Source: Bugula neritina (taxonomy: Eukaryota > Animalia > Bryozoa). Taken from it: DNA of 64,000 bases. The notes under the pieces were generated by a model. It worked only from the letters and a program-made list of their open reading frames with translations, ran no database searches and had not been told where the DNA came from. Of this stretch, positions 32,533 through 44,800 are shown piece after piece (position 1 is the first letter of the stretch; the number at the start of each line of letters is the position of its first letter). Position numbers and translations under genes: made by a program. The DNA lies in the NCBI GenBank assembly GCA_964035545.1, contig OZ037767.1, positions 8,938,581-9,002,580 on the forward strand. The letters run 5' to 3'.

Positions 32533-34008
32533 TTAGTCAAAAATCATGTTGCAAATGCACAGCACTAACAATATTACTGATTGGTGATGCAATCCCTGTG
32601 AGCTGCTGTTGTTTTTGTTGTGACTGCCAGTATGCTTAGGTTTGAGGATGGCAACAGTGCCGTCACTGATATTTAGTCTGGTTGGTATGAACTTAGTCTA
32701 AAATTAGACATTTTGAGTTTCTGCAATAATTACAATATATTCATGTATACCAAAAGTTCTAAGAAAGGTTCTAAGCATCATATAAACGCACTGTATGTAG
32801 TAAAACATCTGTCAAAATACAGCAGTTACTCCCTCCTGTATTAACACGTTTCCGCTGCCTAACGTTCATATTTTAGTGTTTGACTAAAGTTATTTTTTTC
32901 AAATTTTGCTTATTGGTTTTTTTTCTCCAAGGTCTATGAGTAGAGCAACATTTTATAACACAAACTTAAACTACATAGCAATGTTGATAAAAATATTCAC
33001 TTACATATGGACATTTTGGTTGGTCATGAATATTGACATACTCCTGCTTTTCTCCTACTTTGTGTAGCTGTAACAAAAAAGTTGAAATGCTGGAAATAGC
33101 TATCAGGTGGAGATGAGTCAAATAAGCTCATTTAGTTCATGACTTGAGGAGTTATCATACCTGTTGCTAGTATTTTATGTTATTATTGGCAGCATATCAG
33201 AAATGTGAACTGATAAATTTTTATTAACATATTTTTTAGTTCAAAATGCAAAATACAAGCATCAATTTAAAATTTCTTCATTTTCTAAAATTTTCAGTTG
33301 TGGCACTTTACTATAAAAGAAAGACGATAATGGGTTTATTCTAATGTCATAACTATTGCCTTTCAAATAGCCTATAAATAATAATTTCATTGATTGAGAG
33401 TCACTTTAACCGCGCCTACCATAGTATTCCAGAGAGCTATACCCATCACATTATGACCTTTACTACTCCAGTGTACACAGTCCGGTGCAAAATATGTTGC
33501 ATCAGGGGTGTTATTCTAAAACATTTTGCATATAGCATATTAGTTTGTAGTGCATGAAAAATTACACTTCCACGTAGTAAAAAATTTCAAAAATCATTCA
33601 ATCTGATTCTGTTTATATGTATAATGCAATTCTATTAATAGAATTTAGGTAATAATTTTTGTTAGCTTGCACATAATAAATTTTAGAATAAACAAATGTT
33701 TTTTTCATTTATAAAAAATCTGCAAACTCCACTAATCTAACTGTAAAACACAATGCAATTGCAGCTGACACAAGATTTGCGGATAATAAAACACTACACA
33801 ACCATCCAGCCCGGCGGTGATTGTGAAACTCACTCTAAACTTTGGGGCAGTCATATCCCTGAGGAAGGGCTGAATAACAACTGTGAAGTCCTTCTTCGTA
33901 TCATACCTGCCGTTACTAACCAGTCTCTGGACAGCATCTGCATAACTCTTAGTCAGAGCATCCAACTCTGTTACATCTGATTTAGTCACACAGGGACAGT
34001 AGTGCAGT
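32533..34008 (-). pseudogene. PLB1: Phospholipase B1-like (SGNH/GDSL lipase), 3' four exons only; 5' part not found in window
   Basis: Exons 34008-33834, 33515-33420, 33067-33005, 32697-32533 are in phase with no stops: HYCPCV...GRYDTKKDFTVVIQPFLRD.../NNTPDATYFAPDCVHWSSKGHNVMGIALWNTM/LHKVGEK...KCPY/TKFIPTRLN...SVILLVLCICNMIFD*. RYD..DFTVV.QPF, FAPDC.H and ALWN.M are PLB1-repeat hallmarks. No GDS block I exon was found upstream. Confidence 0.8.
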
Positions 34009-35073
34009 CTAGAGAGAAGAGAGATAATAAACTGTATTGTTAAGAGCTCAGATGAAATATGCCAACATATTTTGTGTTATTAGCTATCACTTATACAACC
34101 AGGTGAATTTTGAATCAGCTTAATATTTACTAATTTTCAAACGAATAATAATTATTAATTTGCAAATGCTAGAAAACATGAATTTATGCATTTATTGTGA
34201 CTTAATAAGGTTGCATGGCTTCCCATCTATTGAAGCTTAATATATCAAAGTATGGAAAAATTTTATGCTATTTTATTCAATATCAACAAAGCATTATATG
34301 TAAGTGCTTATATCAGATATACATTGTATAATGTAAAATGCATGCTTACAAATTATACATTAACATGGCTGCAATAACCAAAAGTGTCACCTAAAACTAA
34401 TTATATGCAGGAATATTTATTTTTGAAAGGAAATATTTTTCAAGTTCTTTTCTTAAAGTCTTATAATTCTTAATCATCATGCAGTTACTTAAAGTAATGG
34501 TAGGTAGGTATACAAATATTTTAACATTTTCAAATTAAAATTAATTAAATAGACACATTGTACAACATTCATACCAAATAAAGTAGTGAATTTATTCTGT
34601 CAGCTTTAGTGCTACCCCTTTTATATAAAGTAGTATTGGTGAACACTACTTTTACAAACTAAAGAATATAATTTGACATTTCAAATATAAACAAATAGAG
34701 CTTCATGCGTTGTTATAGAATTCTATTGAAAAGTAATGCTGTGTCAAAATGTCAAGGTCAAATTGGAAGTCATATTTGAACGCATGATGAATTAATTCGA
34801 AACTTTAATTTTTTAAAAGTTCTTAATTATAGTTTCATGTTTGTACACATGTATGCGTGGTTATAGTATATAATATTATGTTGTTAGTTTGGCAACATTA
34901 TGCTCTGCAGAACTTGCATAGTTAATACTAGTTTTTTGCCAACTTTGAAAAAAAAATACGGTGCTTGTTTTATCTTTTTAGAACTTTGCTAAAACATGCA
35001 CATTTGCTAACTTTTATGGTTCAGAACTTGTCAATAGCCATCGTACACAGTTGTTTGGCTGATAACTGATATA

Positions 35074-35215
35074 ACACACACACACACACACCTACACACA
35101 CACACACACACACACACACATGCACACACGCACACACGCACACACGCACACACGCACACACGCGCACACACACAGACACCCACACACACACACACATACA
35201 TACACACACACACAC
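35074..35215. repeat. (CA)n microsatellite, imperfect
   Basis: Long cacaca tract with cg interruptions. Confidence 0.95.
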
Positions 35216-35790
35216 CATAAATCGACAATATAATTATTATAAGTGTGCAAGTATAAGTTAGACAGACTGGATAGAGATTTGACAGACTACAATTTAAGGA
35301 ATTGAAAACTACGAGTGTTGAAAATTCATATACTATGAGTTTAAAAAAAAAATTCTAAAGAAAGCAAATTACTATTTTTATTGTAATAAATGATACTAAA
35401 ACTTCATATAATGGGTATATACTGATTGCTAATTTATAATATTATACATAATTATATACTAAATGCCAATTTCGAAGATGTCACTGTAAAAGTAATATAA
35501 TACAATATGTTTTAATTCAGTGTGAAGATGCTTTATGTATAATAGTATAAAACACTTCGGGTCAGTTCTAGTGTCTATCATTATATGAGTCTTTTTCCTG
35601 AGATTACATGTGCACACGCAGTACACAGTACACATAATGTTCAGATATGAAGTCATTGTAGAACTTCAAATTTCGAAGTATTTAAATATTCAAATGCATG
35701 CTAAACTATAGATGTGCTGTTGAGAGGAAAATAAAAGCACAATGCTGTAGTTTCAACTGTTTTCTGTACATTCAGGATGCAAAAACAACA

Positions 35791-38700
35791 TCATCCAAAC
35801 ATTTCTTGTGAGGAGTAGGTGACGTATAGAAAGCCATCCGTGTCATGGAACTGCTGATGGAGCTCAGCTATTGTAGCCATGGGTGAAGGCAACACATTTT
35901 TGTTTATAATCAAGTAGAATGTTTGTGCAGATGTGAGTTCCAATGCAGATCTATAACAGAATAAAGATTAACACTGATTGAATATATTATAGCAAATCAA
36001 GATAAATACAAGGGGAGGGAATTGGGGGAGGCTATTATAATGGTTACCTTTATCTATCAGTCTATTGGACATGTGATAAAGGTAAGCACACCAGTCCTCC
36101 CCCTCTTCTCCCCTCTGCATTTACATTATCACATGACCAATCATAGCTGCGACTAAAATCCAACACATCTCATAGTTGTATATTGTATGTTTATGTTTGA
36201 ACTATACAAATGATTTTTATCACGTTCTTCTTCAAATAATGCTTGATGAGTCATGCAAAGTGTTTTGGTAATCAATTTAGAAGTTGTCAGCGCATGTACT
36301 GTTATACTCTGTAGTTATCATGAGGGTTATCAGACATAGCATCACGTGCAGGCTATGGCGTTGCTGAGACACTGGGTTTTAACCAAACAAACTTTGAAAT
36401 TAATAATGAGAGTACATAGTGAATCAGTTTTGTAGCTGAGATCAAAGTTTGAGATAAAGCTGACCAAATGATAGTCTCTGAGATATATATAGTAGGTTTA
36501 TCACCAAACCGATTGAAAAGGTGTATACTATAGCGTATGCATAGTAACAGCTATAGTGTATGCATAGTAACAACTATAGCATATTATGCATAATAACAGC
36601 TATAGGCTATAGCATATCAAGAATACAAGTTTTAGCTAGCATATGAATATTACATGCTATAGCCTATATTATATAGTAACAGCTCTATAGCACATGTATA
36701 GTAACAGATATAGCGTATAAATAGTCTATGCTACAACACACTATACAGTTTACAATCGATGCAGATATCTTATAGATAGTACCAGCCACATTTTAAGAGC
36801 CAGTTATATGGTACAGACCTCAAAAGCTGCATTAACTGCGAGATTGTCATTTCATGAGGCACAAGGAACTTGCATTTGGCTAGTCTCTTGAAGTTTTTTT
36901 CCTTTTTATGTCTTTCTACAATCATCTGTTGATGAAAAAGTAAGACATTATGGTTTATATGACAGCTCCATCAGATGACACACCAGAAACCTATTAGCTG
37001 CTATATAATATCAATATGCTAAAGTAAAAGTATATTACAACGCAGCAAATAGCATACTAATATGGTGTTAGACCTATAATTGTGAAAGAAAGTTCCTAAT
37101 TCTTAGGTTCATACTGTGCAGGGGTGAACAACTATATGCACAGCTAATCTGCCTGTTGAACATTTAATACAGTTTAATGCTAACTCTTCTCAAAGTTGTG
37201 AAAAGACCCAGAAGCACCAACCAAAATCTTTCGTTTATATTTTACCAGCCGAAACATTTTTCAAAATAATTACTTACTGGAAGCTTTCCTGGATTTGCCA
37301 GTCTAATTTCCTGGGCTTCTTTTCTTCTGAGAGCTATAACATAATGCAGACCTCATTTTATGCAAAGTATACCCTTTGCTTGAGCATACAGGAGCGTACG
37401 CCTTAAGCCCTTGACAGTATATAACCCATTATATACTCTATGTACTTTGTTCTTTCTACAGTAGAAAGCTAGCTAGCAAGTTGATGCTGCTCCTTATACT
37501 GCACAACAAGTACTCAATAATAGCATGAAGGGTGTCTTGCAGGTTTGTGGCAAAGGAGGGTATTCATGAAGGTCATAATAAACTGTCTACATAGTAATAT
37601 AGTAAACATAGTACTAGCAGCCTAAGTATTACAATTCAGTGTTGGCGATTCAAATTAAGTTTTCAAGTTAAATTTAACAATGTTTAACCAATTTAAATAC
37701 ACCTAAAATTAAGTTGAAAAACCAACAAGCATATTTTATTTTTCCACATGTAATATTTTGCAATTCAATTCTGTTTTATAAGCAAAAAGTTAAGGTGCTA
37801 TTTTCTATATATTATATATGACTGGAAACAGGCACTCTATAATTTGACTGGTATGATATATTGAAAAACTTCCCACTACCACCCGAACAGAACAAAGAGA
37901 AGATAGGTGAGAATGGAAAAGTGAGAATATATTGAAAAACTTTAAAAAGTTCAATTTTTTGCGGATGTCATTTTCAATTTTTTTCTGAAGACGTAGCAGT
38001 TGTTTAACAAAATAGTGTAATAGCAATGACATTGCATGTGCATATGTGTGGTAATTATGAAACAAGCCTGTATAGCATACTTGGACTATCATTAGAATTT
38101 TAGATATATTATTAAGCTCCTTACTATAATAGCACAACACAACTTTTACATTTTACCTGAGTCAGTTAGCGCAGCGCAGAAAATAATTGTTTTAATTTTT
38201 TTTATTTATTTAAAAATATCATTTTCAAATGTTAACTCAAATACATTAGAAAACAAAACTTTTGACAAATTATGCTTTCCGTCTTATAAAGTTCGAAATT
38301 TTAGTTGGTTATTTTGTAGTTTGACCTAATTCCAATTAGCCTCAGTTCATAGTCCATTTAAGGAAGCCGGGGTAGGGACTAGGAAGTTGTATACAGTGAC
38401 TTGTTATCAGCAATCTATTTTTATTTTTACTCTATATAGATAGTTGTCTAGAGAAAGTAATCAAGACATATTCTGCTATCTATAGACATCACACAGTCTA
38501 TAATCTATGTTGTCTCAAAGCTGTGTCTACCATTTTAGGCTGCACCAGTTGTGTTTGAGAGATCTTGTAGAACATAACAAAACTAGCTTAGATCATGCAG
38601 CTTTGGCGCTTGGCATCCTACCAGTTTCAGCTTTACCAGAGTCATATGCCCTCATACTTATGGGAGTGTTATATTCATGTGTATGCGGGTACATTAGCTG

Positions 38701-39925
38701 CAGCACCATGCCCCACTAGGCTGTCAGTGTGTATAATAGTTAGCATTATGTAATTTTTATATGAAACTCCTTGGTGATTCAGATAGTGGCATGTGATCAG
38801 TAAATTTCACCATTATGATCATCATAAGCATCAGACATAACTCTGCTAAATGTAAGTTAGATACTCATAAGCTGATGATTGTAATCGTACGGCTGTCACA
38901 CTGTCTATACTGTGTATGATTCATATCTGATTAACCTAGCTTGACCCTGCTGAACATAAATATGTTGACCAAACAAGATACATTTCCAACTGCCATGACA
39001 AATAACATCTAAACACATCAAGAAACTGGCTGACCTATATTCTCATTAACCATAAATGTAACGTTGTTATTGTGTGCAAAGATGGTATAATATTCCAACT
39101 AGCATATCTAGGCTTGATTTTTTATTTTCAGAGTTTGCATTAAAAGCGCAACTGCCTTAGCTGGAAGAAGGCGGAGTAATCGAGAAAATGAGAGAAACAA
39201 TGTGCTATATGAGAAGCTATGTCCAAATTCGGGAAAAACTTACTTCCATTGCAATACCTAGTCACTGGAGCTAAAACTATACCAATATATTTCCACTGGA
39301 CCGGCTTCAGCGACAGTTATATTCTATTTTATTATGCCATGCCACCTATTTTTAAACACAGCTGCAACTATTATTAACGAACTGGGCTGCTATAACTCTT
39401 GTGCATTCTCTGGTTTTTCTAGCTATTTTCATTTCTTACAAAATATTATAAAAAGTTGATACATTATAGTGCAAATGATGTGTGTTTAAAATATCGTTGT
39501 AGAAAATAGACCTTATATTAACTTCATGTATATAGCTTTATGAAGTGATTAGACTATAAGCATTACAAGCAAATTAAATATAATATTGGTATTTTTGGCA
39601 TCTATTGATCTGCCATTATGCAAGCTCAATTACATAATATTATTTAGTATTTTAACCCCATAACTTCAGTGTTGTGTGAATCAATTTAATTTCTAGTTCG
39701 AGCTTCTCCAAGTCTGTATCAATTTGACATTCAGCTAATCAACAAATCCTTGTGTACCATAATTAATAGAATATACTGAGTTATAAGTGACCGCTTCTGC
39801 ATTTGGCATATCCAATTTGTTAATGTAGTATATTATCTTCCTCACGGGAATCTGTCAATTACTCTATGATATATTACAAGTTTCTTACCTGCTGGAACTC
39901 TTTCCTTAAAGTGCTTGTGGGTCAT
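35791..39925 (-). CDS. MAP1LC3: ATG8-family ubiquitin-like protein, LC3 subfamily (divergent MAP1LC3-like), 119 aa
   Basis: Exons 39925-39889, 37333-37278, 36925-36819, 35950-35791 (37+56+107+160 = 360 nt, phases 1,0,2): MTHKHFKERVPAALRRKEAQEIRLANPGKLPMIVERHKKEKNFKRLAKCKFLVPHEMTISQLMQLLRSALELTSAQTFYLIINKNVLPSPMATIAELHQQFHDTDGFLYVTYSSQEMFG*. KFLVP and DGFLY..Y.SQE.FG are LC3 signatures. Absent from the ORF track. Confidence 0.95.
36525..36725. repeat. Degenerate ~22-bp tandem repeat in LC3 intron 3
   Basis: tatagc(g/a)tatgcatagtaacagc-like units. Confidence 0.7.
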
Positions 39926-41822
39926 TTTCCTAGAGCCTATAAACAACGATGCAGACATGCAGCTGAATGCAGCAGGATAGACTGAGAGGTGAAAGTTGTC
40001 TGGTTACTCTCAAGTGTCTCAGGCTAAGTACAGACTGGAACAGTCAACAGAGCTGATTTCAGCAGCAACATTAGTCACTGTTCTGTGACTTCAGCAGAAT
40101 AATATCAACACCAATGAACAGCAACATAATAAATATGTAGGAGATGTTGAATATGAGGGTCAATAGGTTATCTCACATAGGCTATGCTCTTGAAAATCTA
40201 ACTAAAATATTTCTTTCAATCGTACCAGTATTTTGATACTTTATCAATAACTTAAGCTATGTCTGTGCACTTTGATAAGTATGATTAACCACTAATTTCT
40301 AATAGGCTGAGATGTTGTGTCCTACTTTCTAATAGGCTTAGATGTTGCGTTATGGTGAATTAAGCTATCATGTGCAGAATAGCCCAGTAGCATCAAAAGG
40401 AAAGTAATCTTACACAAGCTGGTTATCATCTCATGTTATCAGATTATTGATCACATGACATTTCAGCTCACTATTAGCTGGACAATATTCAGTAAAATGA
40501 TTAAATAAAACAATATAGTATTATAAAACTGTACGCTGTACTTTTAGCTTGCAGTACAATGTGGATGAAAATGCAATTATCATGCCTTGAAACTCTGTAG
40601 CAGTTAGCAAGCTGCAAACACTGCGTAGACTGTGAGGTTATCTGGCATAAAACAAAACACAAAATTCAGTCGCTATAAAGACCAGCCCTAACAGGCTCCA
40701 TATAGACTAGGTCCTGTCTGTAAGGGCTCAACCTCTACATGCCATTTCTATAAGTTGAAGTAATGTGAGGATTTAATTTTGTAATCCTCTTTTCCATTTG
40801 TCTCAGCATTTAAAATAGATTTATTGCAAATGTTAAAATTACCATCTTTCAAAACTAAAAAGATATGCCTTTTTAAAATATGATAGTTCCTTTTGAAGAC
40901 AAGAAGCAATATAATGTTGTACTGAAAAACTGAATAGGTCACATTATTGCACATTTTTTGATAGTATTATGTCAATTATATAAAATATTGATAATATGTT
41001 AATTTATTTGGCAATAGTTTATAGAGATAAGTTTTTCTACTCAAGATCGCTTTATGTGCTTTTAAATCATTTTTAGAACATGTGTATATTAAAGCATTTT
41101 TATCATAATACTGAATATTTATATTGTAATGCTGTAAAGTTATATCGCCATTCACTTCATATTATATTATCAAGCCTAGATTTTTGTGCAGAAAATATCA
41201 ATATAAACATACATATGTGATACAATTAAATAAATAAATAAATTTATTAATGACTAGAAATTAAATATTTTCAACATCACTATAAAATAAGCATATAACT
41301 TTAAATTTAACTGTCAATTGTTTTACAAACTACCCAAAATACAATTATTATATACAAAAAGATATTTGTGAGACCAATTCTTGTGAAAAATAGTTAAGTA
41401 TACATGAAACTGTACAATGTAGTGGCTGCAAAACAATAGATGGTGCTAATAATTTATTTAAATATAATTCTAGTATGTACAGGTTTCTATAAATAATATT
41501 GGATACTGTGATTAATCAAAAATAAAATTCATCCAAAAACAAAGTCTTAAAAAACATATTAAAACAATATTATTGTGCTGCAGAGCAAATTATAAAAAAT
41601 AAAAATAGGCAAGTCATACAAGCTGTAGTACTAATATATAAATAAATAAAACACAACAAAAATTTCATTAATTTAAAAACTCAATAAATAAACACTGTGC
41701 CAAAGATGTGGAATATCCACCTAGCTATATAATAGTCCACGTTACGACTTACAAAGCATCTGAATATAATCATTAAAAACATAATATTCTGTATAATATG
41801 TTGATGTTTATAGACTGAGGAC

Positions 41823-44800
41823 TTAGAGAATAGAGGTGACGAGCATAATGCGAGACTTGCAAGCATCCACCCTCTTCTGAAGAATACTCGTCTCTTTCTC
41901 TAAGGCTTCCAAGTAACCATCATCATTACGTCTGTCTACTTGCAATGCCACATGTACTGCAGGAAATAAACAAATCAATTGAAACAACTGAATTTAAACA
42001 AATTGAGGAAGTAATGACCATCATTAATCGGGTTTTATGGTAAACACTTAAAGGGAGTAATAGCAGCACCAGTGTGATATAAACATCTCCATTTATGGAA
42101 TAATCAGTTATTAGAAATTTGTCACATTCAAAGGAGTCTCAGTTTTAGTGTCAAGCTAATCTGCTAGTCATTTGAAATTCGGGAAGTTTTTTTTTTAAAA
42201 AATATGAAAAAATAAATAATTAGATAGCATCAGTTTAAAACCTTTTCCTAAGCATACGGTATTAAACAAAATTGCTTTAAAAAGATAATTTTTTACTATC
42301 GATTAAAATAAAAATTACAGGAAAACAGTTAGAAATAGATGGACGAGAAGCATTTTATTATCGCCTAGTTACTTTGTTTCGTTTTATTTAAATTTGAAGT
42401 AATAATAAATTGTTACTCGTTTATCTGTTTCCAATTAAATTACTAGTTTGTACAGATATATTCATAAAAGTAGAAATAACAGCATGAAATATATACATGG
42501 CTTATAGTGTAGTGGCACAGTTAGTAGCAGCTAAGCATTTAAAGCTTATTGTGTAAAGCAAGACCAACCAATAGCCTGTGTTACAAAGCCTCTGTTTACT
42601 CTCCAATCATCTAGCCCACAACCTAACATTATCTACATTGTATTTAGTATTGTAACTGAGGCTACATATGGTATAGCATGAAAGCACTGCAAAGCCTTAG
42701 TGCAGAATGAAGCTAGCAACTGGTGAACAGTAGCAGGGCTAGTGGGGGAAGACAACTCCAGTTGACTTACAAGTGGGTGCTTCAAGGATGGCGTACATCG
42801 CTGTAATGTGTTCAAATATTAATGTACATTTTAACTCAATTTTACAAACTAATATTTTCTTATTAGTTTTTAAATGTAATATTATGTATAATTTACATTT
42901 TTATTACAAAATATGCAAGCCAATAAGATATGTAGGGAGTATAATATGCATATCTAGCATCTGATACTGGGGTTACTCAAGTTTGTGGTTATTACATAAC
43001 AAGTTATAACTATCTACACACTTTACTTAATAAATGTATATAACTATTAATAGAGTAAATTAATGCATGTATGACACCGATTCTTATGCATTCACTATGA
43101 CATCACCCGACACTTACACTCGTAGTTCCAAGTCTGTGCTGGTATCATTAACCTGCTCTTTGCCTCCGCCATTTCCTTCTTCAGCTGATCTTGCTTATAA
43201 AGTAACTTCTGTATTTGCACATGGCGCATGGCTTCCTGGGATAACTGCAAATAAATTCCCTTATAATGTAATTTCCTTGCAGTTTGTTATACAATACGCT
43301 ATAAATGATGTAAACATGCAGTACATTTTACTAAAGTCTCCATCACTTGCGAAAACTTGTCTCCCATCGACAATCACGGGCTATACCAACACATGTACAT
43401 ATAAGCATGCGCCACTTTCTTTATATTTATAGTGACAGGCTGGCTGAGAAATCTCACCTTATTCTCTTCATGGCGTTGCTGATGTATCTTATCCAGTTCC
43501 TCACAGTAGCTGCTCTCTATTCTCAAAGTACTACTTCTCCACGGATCTATCAATAAACACAATCCATAACTGAGCAAATGAGAGTAGAACATCAAAACAT
43601 TCAGTGAGAAATGACTGCATTATTTGCCAAATAATAATTCATAAAAAGGCAATTATTAGGTAATCGGTAATAATCTAACTTTACTGCTCGAAAAAGATTA
43701 GCAACTGTGACAGTTTCTTATTTCTAGCAGAACTCAACTTTGACCAAACCAGTGGCTGTAGTTACAGAATAGTGACAGAGTCAAGCTAACTACTCTGTAC
43801 ACAAGTTAATTAATATTTTATACTATATTCACCTGTAGACTGCATGTTAGCCTGAATATCCATAGTCTGAGAAACATCCTCTGCACTGTTTAGAGTCATG
43901 GAGTCATACCCACTACTGACGGAATATTTGTGTTGGGCTATTGAATGGGAAAGACAACTGCTGTTGTCACTACAGCCATCACTGTGACTGTATGAAGGCT
44001 TTGGCAACACATAATGTCTAAAAGGGCATAGCAGTAAGCGAGCGTAAGCCAACACGAAACCAAAGAGCGCCTTTTCCCAACAACACATACAGCAGACAAA
44101 GTGCCGGGAGAGGAGTGAGTGACGAGAAATAAGCCAAGTATTGAGGCGTTACAAACCACAGTATTATATCAACTTTATATAAAATGTAACACGGACAACC
44201 TTTATGAATTATGATGTCATTTTTATCATTACTAAATAAAATCAGTATAAAATAGAAATTAAAAATAAATATTTTGATGATGCAAATAAACTAATAATTT
44301 CAGCCTAATTACTGGTTTTATATAAAATAAACCTGCCGTGTTATCATACTGCATTGTAATGCCTCAATGCTTGTATGCCAATAGCTATAACTCTGCATAA
44401 ACCTGATAGCAAAAGCAAGAGAGAACAAATTTTGGGTGCAAAAGTTGCTGTAGCTAAAAACTCACCTATAGGGAGAGCTATTCATATCAACTGAACCATT
44501 CGATTTGGCAGACACAACGGAAGGAGCAGATAATTTAGAGTTGACTTTATGAGAACTTTTCCACGATGATGGAGGTTGAAGCAAGGACTTCTTTTCCTAA
44601 AATTAGATGAGTAGATTATTAGGTAACACATTGATTTGGCAAGTGCATTTTTAGAAAATTTAAACACAATAAAAGCTAGAGCACAATATAACAGTTGAAA
44701 CACTAAACATCACTGCACTTAAAAATGGCAGCTCATGAATATTACCCAAAAATGGAGGTAAAATTACTTTACCTTTTTAGACGATTCTGACTTTTTAGTT

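Noticed and set aside
35700-35793. Selenocysteine or readthrough extension after the LC3 TGA
   Set aside because: The TGA falls exactly after the canonical terminal Gly, there is no CUAG readthrough context, and I could not identify a SECIS element.
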